Assembly: GCA_963701965.1 (NCBI GenBank)
Contig: OY969695.1
Location: 3,840,001 to 3,904,000 of the forward strand
From: an uncultured Gemmatimonadales bacterium
Lineage (GTDB): Bacteria; Gemmatimonadota; Gemmatimonadetes; Gemmatimonadales; Gemmatimonadaceae
DNA length: 64,000 nucleotides
Direction of reading: 5' to 3'
The position numbers and the translations under genes are program-made. The notes beneath the pieces were generated by a model. It saw nothing but the letters and a program-made list of their open reading frames with translations, made no database searches and was not told the DNA's origin. Positions within the stretch are counted from its first letter, which is position 1, and each line of letters opens with the position of its first letter. Shown piece after piece: positions 1-9,601 of the stretch.

Positions 1-768
1 GACGATGTACCAGTAGCGGAAGAGGCCGAACAGCACGAACGGCAGCGTCACGTTCAGCTTCGGTCGCACCGTGACCACAAAGAGTCCATAGAACACGACG
101 GCGCTCAGGGCGGCCGTCTCGGCATAGCGATCGAGCAGGTTCAGCGTGTAATGGCGCAGCACGGACCGCGCGGTATCGCCGCTCCGGGCCAACTCGTCGC
201 GGCGCTTGATCGCGGCGAGGTAGAGGGCCAGCGACAGCGTCGTGATGAGCATCCAGCTGGAGACCGGGACGTTCAGCGCCACGGCGCCCGCATAGATCCG
301 CAGGACGAAGCCGCCGGCGAGCGAGAACATGTCGACGACGGGCACGTGCTTCAACTTGACCGTGTACGCCAGGTTGAGCGCGATGTAGCACACGGCGACG
401 GCGGCCGTCGGCGGGCTCCACAGAAACCCCGCGAGGACGATCGCGTATAGGGCGCCGAGGATACCCCGGGCCGTCGAGGGCTGAATGGCGCCGGACGCGA
501 TCGGCCGCGTGCGGGATTTCACGGGGTGCGCGGCGTCGGCCTCGCGGTCGATCAGATCGTTGAAGACGTACGTGGCCGAGGACGCCGCGCAGAACAGCAG
601 GAACGCCAGCATCGCTTCAATGACGGCCGACTGATGCCGGAACTCGCCCGAGAAGATCAGTGGGGCGAGGACGAAGCCGTTCTTGATCCACTGCCGCGGG
701 CGCAGCAGTCGGATCGCTGCGCCCAGCCCCCGCGGCACGGAAGCGGACCGTGCCGCGATGTCGGTCAC
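1..768 (-). CDS. UbiA-family prenyltransferase, decaprenyl-phosphate phosphoribosyltransferase-like (runs off window at 3' end)
   Basis: Not in the ORF track. Manual minus-strand translation from GTG at 768 gives [36 protein letters not shown], with a YVFNDLIDREADAAHPVKSRTRPIASG motif. GTGA overlap with the upstream stop. Confidence 0.88.
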   Translation of the reverse strand, partial: MTDIAARSASVPRGLGAAIRLLRPRQWIKNGFVLAPLIFSGEFRHQSAVIEAMLAFLLFCAASSATYVFNDLIDREADAAHPVKSRTRPIASGAIQPSTARGILGALYAIVLAGFLWSPPTAAVAVCYIALNLAYTVKLKHVPVVDMFSLAGGFVLRIYAGAVALNVPVSSWMLITTLSLALYLAAIKRRDELARSGDTARSVLRHYTLNLLDRYAETAALSAVVFYGLFVVTVRPKLNVTLPFVLFGLFRYWYIV

Positions 769-1559
769 CAGCCGCCGCGCTTGAACAGCATCACGGGGAC
801 GGTGCGGAGCATGATACGGACGTCCTCATACACGCTCTGGCGACGCAGGTACTCGAGGTCGAGGTCGACCTTCTTGCGGACGTCTTCGATGGTGCTGTCG
901 TAGGCGAGATTGATCTGCGCCCACCCGGTGATCCCCGGCTTGGCCCGCTGGCGCAACGGATACTCGGTGATGTCCTCGCGGAGGCGGGCGAAGATGCTCG
1001 GCCGCTCGGGGCGCGGACCCACGATGTTCATGTCGCCCCGGAGGACGTTGAACAACTGCGGCAGCTCGTCGAGCCGCGTCTTCCGGAGGAAGCCGCCGAT
1101 CGGCGTTACGCGCGGGTCGTTCTTGGTGGCCCACACGGCGCCGCTTTTCTCGGCGTCGCAGTACATTGAGCGGAACTTGTAGATCGTGAAGACCGAGCCG
1201 CCGTGATCGCTGCCCCGGCGGTCGTAGAGCGCCAGCGCGCGGCGGGCGCGGCGATCGATGCCGACGCGCGTCTGCGTGTACAGGATCGGCCCCGGCGAGG
1301 TTAGCCAGACCGCGATAGCGACGATCAGGTACACCGGGAGCAGAATGACGATCGCGATCGACGCGATCACCACGTTGATCACGCGGTTGGCGCGTTCCGA
1401 GCGCGTGCGGGGGACCGTCGGTACGCTCGACGGGGTCAACGCCGCCGCGACCGCCGGCGTCGCTGTCAGATCGAAGCTGATCGCTCGCAGCGACGCGCCC
1501 GATGTACGCAGGGCACGGCGTTCGCCGGAGACGCGGGGCAGGACCACCGGTTGTGGCAT
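765..1559 (-). CDS. Priming sugar transferase (Bac_transf, WcaJ/WbaP C-terminal-type phosphoglycosyltransferase)
   Basis: [47 protein letters not shown] at 1559 overlaps the upstream TAA (TAATG). Confidence 0.92.
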   Translation of the reverse strand: MPQPVVLPRVSGERRALRTSGASLRAISFDLTATPAVAAALTPSSVPTVPRTRSERANRVINVVIASIAIVILLPVYLIVAIAVWLTSPGPILYTQTRVGIDRRARRALALYDRRGSDHGGSVFTIYKFRSMYCDAEKSGAVWATKNDPRVTPIGGFLRKTRLDELPQLFNVLRGDMNIVGPRPERPSIFARLREDITEYPLRQRAKPGITGWAQINLAYDSTIEDVRKKVDLDLEYLRRQSVYEDVRIMLRTVPVMLFKRGGW

Positions 1560-2362
1560 TAGTGTCGCGTGATGAGGATGACGCCCGTCGCGATGCCGAC
1601 TATGGCGCCGGTCACGGGCAGAATGAGCGTCAGGAACATGTTGGAGCCCTTCGTTCCAACAGCGATCTGGTCGCCGGGGCGCAGACTCATCTGGTCGAGG
1701 GTCGCGCCATTGCGGATCGCGTTGGCCACGTCCTTCTCCTGCCATACGATGGTGCCGCCCCTCGACACCGTCGTGCGCGAGACGTCGGCATTGTTGCCGA
1801 GACCGCCCGCGTGCATGATCGCGTCACTGATCAACATGTCGGCCGGCACCGCGTAGAACCCCGGCCGAGTCACGCTACCGAGCACGGAGATTCGTACCAA
1901 GGAACCCGTGTGCACGACGGGATCACGCAGATACTTGCTCACCGCGGCATACACCTGACCTTGCAGCTCCGACCGCAGGACGCCGTGCAAGGAAACGTCG
2001 CCCAAGTTGGCCAGGTGCAAGATTTGTCCCTCGCGTACCGTCATCGTGTCGGTTAGCGTGGGCTGGCCTTGGACGGACACGTAGACGCGGTCGCCAACCG
2101 AGAAATCGCCGTTGGTCAGGCGGTCGCGCAGGTTGCTAATGTTGCGCAGTCGACGGTCTTGATCTTCCGCCGACCCTTGAGTGGAATCATGTTGTGCTGC
2201 GGCCAGCATGGCTTCGAGCTCCGGCCGGGACGCTTCCGCGCTACGCGTCGTTGGATTCTGGGGCTGCTGACCCTGTGCCGGCTTCGCCGCGCTCACTGTG
2301 ACGAGCGCCCCGAGCCCCAGGGCAAACGACATATAGCGGGCCGTCCTCACCATGATCATCAT
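1559..2362 (-). CDS. Polysaccharide export protein, SLBB domain (Wza-like)
   Basis: Signal peptide, VGDRVYVSV, VLGSVTRPGFY, DAIMHAGG, LRPGDQIAV. Lies in the EPS locus. Confidence 0.8.
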   Translation of the reverse strand: MMIMVRTARYMSFALGLGALVTVSAAKPAQGQQPQNPTTRSAEASRPELEAMLAAAQHDSTQGSAEDQDRRLRNISNLRDRLTNGDFSVGDRVYVSVQGQPTLTDTMTVREGQILHLANLGDVSLHGVLRSELQGQVYAAVSKYLRDPVVHTGSLVRISVLGSVTRPGFYAVPADMLISDAIMHAGGLGNNADVSRTTVSRGGTIVWQEKDVANAIRNGATLDQMSLRPGDQIAVGTKGSNMFLTLILPVTGAIVGIATGVILITRH

Positions 2363-2772
2363 GCGCCGTTATGTACGCACCTGCCGTGCTAACGCGCACC
2401 CGGGAAGCCCTAGGACCTATGTGCATGTGAGCGCATGAGTTGGCATCAGCGATGGAGTGTGCGCTGGCTCACAACGTGCCTGGACTGTGGGATTGCGGCT
2501 ACACAAATCCGGCGGCCCCTCCACAAGCCGTGGTTTCCGGGAAAATGCTACCGACCCGACGCGGCTTCGCCGTGTCGCGACACGGGAGGCGTGCCGCCGT
2601 TACATCGAACCTGTGGTATGCATGCGTCAGCCTGGTCAGAAGGCTGAGTGCGTCGTGGCGAGTTAACTCCCACAGGCAGGGCGAGTTACAAAAATTCCAG
2701 CGTACTGCACGGGACATGCATGGGGACACCGGCACCGTCAGGCATTTCCCCAAGATCCTTCAGTTGCGAGCC

Positions 2773-3723
2773 ATGGGCGCTACCGCCGTCAACAAACCAC
2801 ACTCCGAGCGCATGCGAGAGAGCGAACGTCCTGCGCGTCCGCCGTTGGTCCTGATCGCCAATGATCAGGAATGGTCCGCGCGATCGTTGGAAACGATCTT
2901 GGGACCGCGCGGCTATGGCGTCCTGCGCGCGTACAACGGGCGGCAGACGTTGGAGATGGCGCGCAGTGTCCAACCGGACGCGGTGATCCTCGATGTGCGT
3001 CTCCCCGACGCTGATGGGTTCGAGATCTGCCAGGCGTTGTACGCGGAGCACCATCTGGTGTCCGGCACGCCCGTGCTGATGACGACCTCCGACCCGGTGA
3101 ATCGGGCGCAGCAGCTGGCGGCGCTGCGCGTGGGGGCGTGGGACTTCATGATGCAGCCGCTCGACGGCGACATGTTGATGCTCAAGCTCGACACCTACGT
3201 GCGCTCGAAACGCGAGGCGGATGCCTTGCGGGAGGCCGGGCTGCTGGATCCGCCGACGGGCCTCTACAACTCGCGGGGTCTGGTGCGCCGGGCGCGCGAG
3301 ATCGGTGCCGAAGCGATGCGCCGGCGTCATCCGTTGGCGTGCATCGCATTCGCGCCGGAGACGACGACGGATGATGCCGGCGCCAGGATCGCCGAACATC
3401 TGGGCGAGATCCTGGGCCGCACCGCGCGCGTGTCCGATGCGATCGGCCGTCTGGGCCAGTCCGAGTTCGCGATCGTGGCGCCGGCGACCGAGTCGGCCGG
3501 CGCCGTGCGCCTCGCCGAACGCGTGCAACAAGTGGTCGCCGCCTCACCGCTGGAGCGCGTGCGCGCCGGCTACTGTGCGGTCGCGGATTTCGCCGCGTCC
3601 GCCGTCGATGCCGTCGAGATGCTGGTACGGGCGGCGTCGGCACTCCGCCAAGGCGCGGCCGCCGGTCAACCGTCGTCGGTCATTCAGGCGTTCGACGAGC
3701 CGCCGAGCCGCTTCGCGAGCTGA
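2773..3723 (+). CDS. Response regulator, REC plus degenerate GGDEF domain
   Basis: REC (VLIAND, PDAVILDVRLPD), then DPPTGLYN and RLGQSEF in place of GGDEF. Start uncertain (2773 or 2812); the 2440 start is unlikely. Confidence 0.8.
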   Translation: MGATAVNKPHSERMRESERPARPPLVLIANDQEWSARSLETILGPRGYGVLRAYNGRQTLEMARSVQPDAVILDVRLPDADGFEICQALYAEHHLVSGTPVLMTTSDPVNRAQQLAALRVGAWDFMMQPLDGDMLMLKLDTYVRSKREADALREAGLLDPPTGLYNSRGLVRRAREIGAEAMRRRHPLACIAFAPETTTDDAGARIAEHLGEILGRTARVSDAIGRLGQSEFAIVAPATESAGAVRLAERVQQVVAASPLERVRAGYCAVADFAASAVDAVEMLVRAASALRQGAAAGQPSSVIQAFDEPPSRFAS

Positions 3724-3730
3724 AGTCGGC

Positions 3731-6190
3731 TCACTCCTTCCCGATCAAGCCGCCGACCTGCGACGGGATCTGCGCCCGCAGCTCCCCATCGTCCAGCCGG
3801 TACCCGTACAGGTACGAGTAGTACCGATACGCCCCGGCTGCCCGGACGTCGTTCAGGATAGACCCGAGTTGCCGGACGCGGACATAGCGGTCCATCGTCT
3901 CGAGCCGCGCCTGCGCCATGTTGCGGTCGCTGCGTCCAACGCGGAGGACGACGATGAGGCTCCCGGTCGCCTTGGCCAACGCGAACGGATCGATGCCGGC
4001 GCCCAGCGGCGGGCTATCGACGATGATCGTGTCGTAGAACGGTCGGACGGACGCGATGAAGTTGTTGAGCGCGCTGGACTGGAGGAGCTCCGGACCGCGG
4101 TGGCGGCGCGTCCCGCACGTAACGAGCGTCAGTCGTTCGTAATCCGTGTCCTGGAGGACCTCATCGAGCGACGCCTGATTGAGCAGGAAGTCGAGGAGGC
4201 CGGGGGCCTGCCGCAGGCCAAACGTGTCGTGCAGCTGCCCACGACGAATGTCGCCGTCGACCAGCAGCGTGCGCCGACCCCCTTCCGCGAATGACATCGC
4301 CAGGTTCGAGGCGATGAGGGATTTCCCTTCGCCGGCGCCCGGACTCGTCATCGTGAACATGATCGGCTCGCCGGGCGGGAACAGCTCCCCGATGTGGAGA
4401 CGGATCGTGCGAAACGCTTCGACGACCTGCGCCCCGATCTCCGGATCGGCCTTGCGTTGCTTCGCGGTGGGCAGGGACGGCACCGTGCCGATGATCGGCA
4501 ACCCGAGTTCGTCGGTCGCCTGTTCCGGATAGCGGAACCGGTGGTCCAGCCGGTCGAGGAGGAGCGCCAGCCCGATGCCGGCGCCGAGCCCGCCAAAGAT
4601 CGCCATCAGGAGCGTGCGCGGGGCGGTGTTGCGGGATGGCGCTTGCGGGGGATCGGCCCGGTCCAGGATCTGGACGTCCGGGATCGCGCTCGCCTCCGCC
4701 AGCTTGGAATCCTCGAAGGACTTCGACAGGCTCGTGAACAGCTCGGACGCCGAGCCCACTTCGCGCTGCAACCGCATCAGGTCGATCGTCCGCGCCGGGA
4801 CGTTTTGCACGACCCGTTGACTCTCCGACAACTGTTGCGTGTAGATGTTGTCCTGCGCCACGAGTCGCTTGAGCGCCTGCTGTGCCAGGAGGGGAATCGA
4901 CTGCGTGTCGAGCGCGTCGAGCGCCTTCTTGGCATCCTGCACGTCTTTGAAGGCGTCCGTGTACGTGCGACGCAGCTCGCGCAGCGCCTGATCCTTGGCA
5001 TTGTGCTCGGCGATCGACGCTCGGAGGTTGTCGGCGCCGACCATGAGCGACGGCACAGCCAGCAACGCATCGGGCGTGGCCTTGCCCGCCTTCATGTCGG
5101 CCAGAATTCCCGTGACCGATTGGATATCCCGGCTCAGATTGTCGTGTTGAATCTTGAGGCTGAGGTAGGCGGTAACGGTAGGATCGCCGCCCATCGCCTG
5201 CATGCCGGGGGATGCGGGGGCCATGGCCACGGCCGTGCTTTGCTGGATATTCGTCTGCTCGAAGTTTTGGAGCGCCGCCTCGGCCTTCGTCAGCCGGTCA
5301 CGCGCGATGTTCAACTGGTTGCCAACGGTCTGCGTGAGCTGCGTGTTCTTGCGCTTCTTGAGCTCCTCGGCGACCGCGATGAACTGGTCGAGCCACGCAT
5401 TGAGGGTCGAGGACGCCTCGTTCGCGTTCCAACTATCGAGCGAGATGCGTACGAGGTTGCTCATGTCGGGCAGCACCAACGTGGCGCGCGCGGCCAACCC
5501 GTTGGACGCGTCCGAGAGCGATGAGACGCTGAACGGGACCTTGCGGGCCAGATGGAACGCGGCGGGCGGCGGCGCCCAGCGCATCCCGAGGTTGCGGCCG
5601 ATCGAGTCGCCGGCCACGCCATGCTCCAGCACCGTGCCCTTTTTCGTCGTCAGCGTGTACCGGCGGCCCGTCGCATCGACGATGAGGACGAAGTCACCCG
5701 GCTGGTAGACATCGGCCAGGGCGAAGTGCGGAAAGAAATCCGAATCTTTTTGCGCATTGTAGTGGAGATACAAGCCGAGCTTGACGACGACCGGCTGCAC
5801 GACGCGGTACGCCTTGAAGAGATCGACCCAGGCCGCCGTTTGCAGGAGTTCGCCGGACGAAATCGGCCCTCCCGAGCCGCCGCCGCTGCCACGTCCCTCA
5901 TCGGCGATCCAGATCGTGGCGTGGGCCTCGTACTCCGGCGCGATCCGCCGGGTGACCACAAAACCGCCGGCCGCGCCCATCAGCAGACACGTCGCGATCA
6001 GCCACCGAAAACGGATGAGGGCGGCAATGTAGCGGTGCCACGGAGTTTTCTTCTCCTCGGCGGCCTGCCCCTGCGACGGATCAATCGGTGGCCCCCACTG
6101 CTGAAGCGGCGCCGGAAGCTCCCCGTTCTGTGGGGCAGGCGTCAGGGCCGTCGACGGCAGTGGCGTGGGCGGGAGAGACATTCGGCTCAT
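3731..6190 (-). CDS. wzc: Polysaccharide co-polymerase / BY-kinase (Wzc/GumC-like)
   Basis: Two TM segments flanking a coiled coil, Walker A SPGAGEGKS, LLVDGDIRR, IIVDSPP, C-terminal Tyr cluster YRYYSYLYGY. Confidence 0.9.
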   Translation of the reverse strand: MSRMSLPPTPLPSTALTPAPQNGELPAPLQQWGPPIDPSQGQAAEEKKTPWHRYIAALIRFRWLIATCLLMGAAGGFVVTRRIAPEYEAHATIWIADEGRGSGGGSGGPISSGELLQTAAWVDLFKAYRVVQPVVVKLGLYLHYNAQKDSDFFPHFALADVYQPGDFVLIVDATGRRYTLTTKKGTVLEHGVAGDSIGRNLGMRWAPPPAAFHLARKVPFSVSSLSDASNGLAARATLVLPDMSNLVRISLDSWNANEASSTLNAWLDQFIAVAEELKKRKNTQLTQTVGNQLNIARDRLTKAEAALQNFEQTNIQQSTAVAMAPASPGMQAMGGDPTVTAYLSLKIQHDNLSRDIQSVTGILADMKAGKATPDALLAVPSLMVGADNLRASIAEHNAKDQALRELRRTYTDAFKDVQDAKKALDALDTQSIPLLAQQALKRLVAQDNIYTQQLSESQRVVQNVPARTIDLMRLQREVGSASELFTSLSKSFEDSKLAEASAIPDVQILDRADPPQAPSRNTAPRTLLMAIFGGLGAGIGLALLLDRLDHRFRYPEQATDELGLPIIGTVPSLPTAKQRKADPEIGAQVVEAFRTIRLHIGELFPPGEPIMFTMTSPGAGEGKSLIASNLAMSFAEGGRRTLLVDGDIRRGQLHDTFGLRQAPGLLDFLLNQASLDEVLQDTDYERLTLVTCGTRRHRGPELLQSSALNNFIASVRPFYDTIIVDSPPLGAGIDPFALAKATGSLIVVLRVGRSDRNMAQARLETMDRYVRVRQLGSILNDVRAAGAYRYYSYLYGYRLDDGELRAQIPSQVGGLIGKE

Positions 6191-6227
6191 GGAAAGTTAT
6201 TCGGGTCGACGATTCAACTGAAATGTC

Positions 6228-6242
6228 GCAAGATCGGGCCCA
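6228..6242 (-). promoter_or_regulatory. Candidate sigma54 -24/-12 promoter for wzc
   Basis: Minus strand reads TGGGCCCGATCTTGC (GG-N10-GC with TTGC), 38 bp upstream of the wzc ATG and divergent from a sigma54 activator gene. Confidence 0.55.
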
Positions 6243-6343
6243 TGGCTCACGACACGGCCGGGAGTGGTCCAACCGACAGACGATCCCACGCCAGACACGT
6301 CGCGACGGCTATTCGCGGCGTCCACACCACGACAACGCATGTA

Positions 6344-6427
6344 TGTTGACAGATTACGACACATTTGTTGATGCGTGTGCACATCGCTGTAACACAAATC
6401 CTACGAAATCTGTTGACAGATGCAACA
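6344..6427. promoter_or_regulatory. Candidate upstream activator sites
   Basis: Direct repeat TGTTGACAGAT at 6344 and 6411. The second copy forms the palindrome TGTTG-N7-CAACA (TGT-N11-ACA). AT-rich intergenic DNA. Confidence 0.5.
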
Positions 6428-6476
6428 GTTGGTGCTTAAATAGATACCGTTCAGTGAGCGGTCTCTTATTCCTGGA

Positions 6477-8048
6477 GTGCCCATGTCGTCGGCTTTTGCC
6501 GCGCGGTCGGATGGTGCGGGTAACGGTGATCTGCCAATGAGTGAGGCGTCTTCGGCGCCGGCCGCGGGTAGCGGTCGGGAGACGCTGACCATCGCCCCCG
6601 AGGTCAAGGCGAGTCTCCGCCTCCTCCTCGTGGACGATGACCGCACCTTGCGAGAAGGGTGCCTCAGCGTCCTGCAGATCGACGGGTACAACGTCACGGC
6701 TACCGGGCGGGGGGACGAGGCCATCGATCTGGTCAAACGCCGCCGGTTCGACATCATCCTCGTCGACCTGTATCTGACGCCCCTCTCCGGTCTCGACATC
6801 CTGGCGGCGGCGCTGGAAGCCCACAAGGACACGATCGTCATCGTCATGACGGGCAATCCCAGCGTCACGTCGAGCATCGAGGCGCTGCGGGCCGGCGCCT
6901 GGGACTACCTCCCCAAGCCGTTCTCGGCGTCCCACCTGCAGATTCTCATCGGGCGCGCGTCCCATGCCGTCGCCGTCGCCCGCGAGACGCGCGATCTGCG
7001 CGCCAAGCTGGTCGAGCAGAGCAGCAACTCCGACCGCATCACGTTGCTGGGGATTTCGCCCGCGTTCCGCCAGGCGGTCGATCTGGCGCGCCGCGTCGCC
7101 GCCACCGATGCCTCGGTCATGATCAGCGGCGAGTCGGGCACGGGCAAGGAGCTGATCGCCCAGTTCATTCACCGGCACAGCCGCCGGGCCAGCCGCAAGC
7201 TGGTGCCGATCAACTGCGCCGCCCTCCCCGAACCGCTGCTCGAGTCGGAGATGTTCGGCCATCGCAAGGGATCGTTCACGGGGGCGGACCGCGACAAGCC
7301 GGGGCTCCTGGAGACGGCCAACGGCGGCACGCTCTTTCTCGACGAGCTGACGGAGATGTCGCATCCGCTCCAAGCCAAGCTGCTCCGCGTCCTGCAGGAC
7401 GGCGTCGTGCGCCGCGTGGGCAGCGAGCAACAGGATGCGGTCGTCGACGTCCGCTTCATCTCGGCGACCAACCGGGAGCCGCAGGACGCGGTCAACGCCG
7501 GCATCCTCCGCGAGGATCTCTTCTATCGCCTCCGCGTCGTGCCGATCAAGTTGCCCCCGCTGCGGAAGCGCCTCGAGGACATCCCGTTGCTGGCGAACCA
7601 CTTCCTCACCCATTACTGGGAGCGGCACCGCGAGCAGGGCGAGCCGATGCCCAAGCTCACGGAGGCGGCGGTCGAGCTGCTGCGTTCCCGGCCGTGGCGG
7701 GGGAACGTGCGCGAGCTGCAAAACGTCATCGAGCACGTTGCGGTCATCATCGAGCCGGGCAAGCCGATCCGGGCCGAGGACATTCCCTTGCTGGATGAAT
7801 CCGCGACGGCCGCCGGGCCCGTATCCGACGGCGGGATGCCCCCGGCCATCATGACGGATGCCTATCATCTGGCCAAGGAAAAGTTGGTGGCCCATTTCGA
7901 GAAGGAGTACTTGCAGCGGCTCGTGGTGCGCGCCGGCGGCAACATGTCGCGCGCGGCGCGCCTGGCGAGCATTGACCGCACGACGCTGTATCGCCTGATG
8001 GAAAAGCACGGGTTCCGCCGGGATGAGTTGGCTGGAACGCTCGAGTGA
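6477..8048 (+). CDS. Sigma54-dependent response regulator (NtrC family)
   Basis: REC, GESGTGKE, ESEMFGHRKGSFTGA, LFLDE, REDLFYRL, WRGNVRELQN, Fis-type HTH. Start could be 6483 or 6537. Confidence 0.93.
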   Translation: MPMSSAFAARSDGAGNGDLPMSEASSAPAAGSGRETLTIAPEVKASLRLLLVDDDRTLREGCLSVLQIDGYNVTATGRGDEAIDLVKRRRFDIILVDLYLTPLSGLDILAAALEAHKDTIVIVMTGNPSVTSSIEALRAGAWDYLPKPFSASHLQILIGRASHAVAVARETRDLRAKLVEQSSNSDRITLLGISPAFRQAVDLARRVAATDASVMISGESGTGKELIAQFIHRHSRRASRKLVPINCAALPEPLLESEMFGHRKGSFTGADRDKPGLLETANGGTLFLDELTEMSHPLQAKLLRVLQDGVVRRVGSEQQDAVVDVRFISATNREPQDAVNAGILREDLFYRLRVVPIKLPPLRKRLEDIPLLANHFLTHYWERHREQGEPMPKLTEAAVELLRSRPWRGNVRELQNVIEHVAVIIEPGKPIRAEDIPLLDESATAAGPVSDGGMPPAIMTDAYHLAKEKLVAHFEKEYLQRLVVRAGGNMSRAARLASIDRTTLYRLMEKHGFRRDELAGTLE

Positions 8049-9118
8049 CGGTGATGGCGTCGCTTCGTGACACCGCGCCTTCGGTTGGCGGCATCCTTGC
8101 GCAAGCAGCCGAGCGCGCTGCGGCGGCCTGGGTCCCGCGCGACGAGGACGGCGGCGTCACGGCCGAGGAGCTCCGGTCGCCGCTGCGCATCCTGTGCGAC
8201 GCGGCGGAGCGCGTGGCTGTGGGAGGGGGCGAGCGCGTCGGCGCCCTGCCGACGACCGTGCCGGCGCGCCGGCTGCTGGAATGCCTCCGCCGGTGCCTGC
8301 TCGAGGGTGCGGCCGCGGGCGATTGGTCGCCGGAGGACGCCGTGGCGGCCTGCCTCGCCGTGGAGCGCGTCCAGGCGCTGATCGATGCCGATGCCGCCCA
8401 GAAGTTCGCCGACCGGCTGACCGGCGCCGACGCGTTGCCGTTGGTCGTGGAAGTCGCGCACGACATGCGGTCGCCGCTGGCCTCGATCCTCTTTCTGGCC
8501 GAGCGGTTGCGGAACGACCAGAGCGGGCCGCTGACGCCGATCCAGGAGCGCCAGCTTGGTCTCATCTATAGCGCGGCGTTCGGACTGAGCGCGCTGGCTG
8601 GGGACGTCATCGAGCTGGCCCGGGGCGGCGACTGGCTCATGGACCAGGATCCGATTCCGTTCTCGGTCGCCGACATCCTGCGCTCCGTGGGCGCCATCGT
8701 CCAGCCGATCGCCGAAGAGAAGAAGCTGGACGTGCGCCTCAAGTCGCCGGATGCCGACGCCCGCGTCGGCTATCCCGCCGCGCTCAATCGCGTGCTGCTC
8801 AATCTGACGACGAACGCGCTCAAGTTCACCGCCGAGGGCTTCGTCGAGGTGACGGCACGACCGCGTTCGCGCACGCGCCTGGAGTTCTCCGTGCAGGACT
8901 CCGGCCGCGGCATTCCGCCGCAGGTCATGGACACGCTGTTCGACGCGTTCCGTCGCCGGCAGCGCCCGGGCGATTACACGTTCTCCAGCGCCGGGTTGGG
9001 TCTCGCCATCTGCCGCAAGTTGGTGGACGCCATGGACGGTGAGCTCGCCGTCGAGACATCGGACAAGGGCACCCGGTTCTACTTCGAGCTCGACCTCCCT
9101 TTCGCCTCCAAGATGTGA
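8045..9118 (+). CDS. Cytoplasmic sensor histidine kinase
   Basis: H-box AHDMRSPL, N-box NLTTNALKFT, DSGRGI, GLGLAIC. No obvious TM segment. Confidence 0.9.
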   Translation: MTVMASLRDTAPSVGGILAQAAERAAAAWVPRDEDGGVTAEELRSPLRILCDAAERVAVGGGERVGALPTTVPARRLLECLRRCLLEGAAAGDWSPEDAVAACLAVERVQALIDADAAQKFADRLTGADALPLVVEVAHDMRSPLASILFLAERLRNDQSGPLTPIQERQLGLIYSAAFGLSALAGDVIELARGGDWLMDQDPIPFSVADILRSVGAIVQPIAEEKKLDVRLKSPDADARVGYPAALNRVLLNLTTNALKFTAEGFVEVTARPRSRTRLEFSVQDSGRGIPPQVMDTLFDAFRRRQRPGDYTFSSAGLGLAICRKLVDAMDGELAVETSDKGTRFYFELDLPFASKM

Positions 9119-9579
9119 AATACTGGCTCTTCAAGTCCGAGCCCTCCGCGTTCTCCTGGGACGATCTGTGGCGGGCACCGCGCCGGACCACCTCGTGGGA
9201 GGGCGTGCGCAATTTCACCGCGCGGAACTTCCTGCGCGACGAGATCCAAGTTGGGGATCCGGTGTTCTTTTACCATTCCAGCGCCGACCCCACGGCCATC
9301 GTCGGCATCTGCGAAGTGGTCCGCGCCGGGTACCCGGACGCGACGGCCTTCGACCCGAAGGACGATCACTACGATCCCAAGAGCCGCCGCGAGGCGCCGA
9401 CGTGGTACACGGTCGACATCCGGGCGGAGCGGCCCGCGGACCGGCCGATTCCGCTGGCCGAGCTCCGGACCGTCAAGGGATTGGCCGGGATGGTGCTGCT
9501 CCAGAAAGGCAGCCGGCTCTCCGTGCAACCGGTCACAAAGGGTGAGTGGGCGACCATCGGCCGGTTAGGTTTCCGATAG
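9115..9579 (+). CDS. EVE domain protein
   Basis: YWLFKSEP, WEGVRNFTARNFLR, FFYHS, YDPKS, RLSVQPV. Confidence 0.92.
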   Translation: MKYWLFKSEPSAFSWDDLWRAPRRTTSWEGVRNFTARNFLRDEIQVGDPVFFYHSSADPTAIVGICEVVRAGYPDATAFDPKDDHYDPKSRREAPTWYTVDIRAERPADRPIPLAELRTVKGLAGMVLLQKGSRLSVQPVTKGEWATIGRLGFR

Positions 9580-9601
9580 GCTTTCACGAGAGATCCGAGC
9601 A

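Noticed and set aside
2440..2772. N-terminal extension of the REC-GGDEF ORF
   Set aside because: Atypical composition and dense palindromes indicate intergenic regulatory DNA rather than coding sequence.
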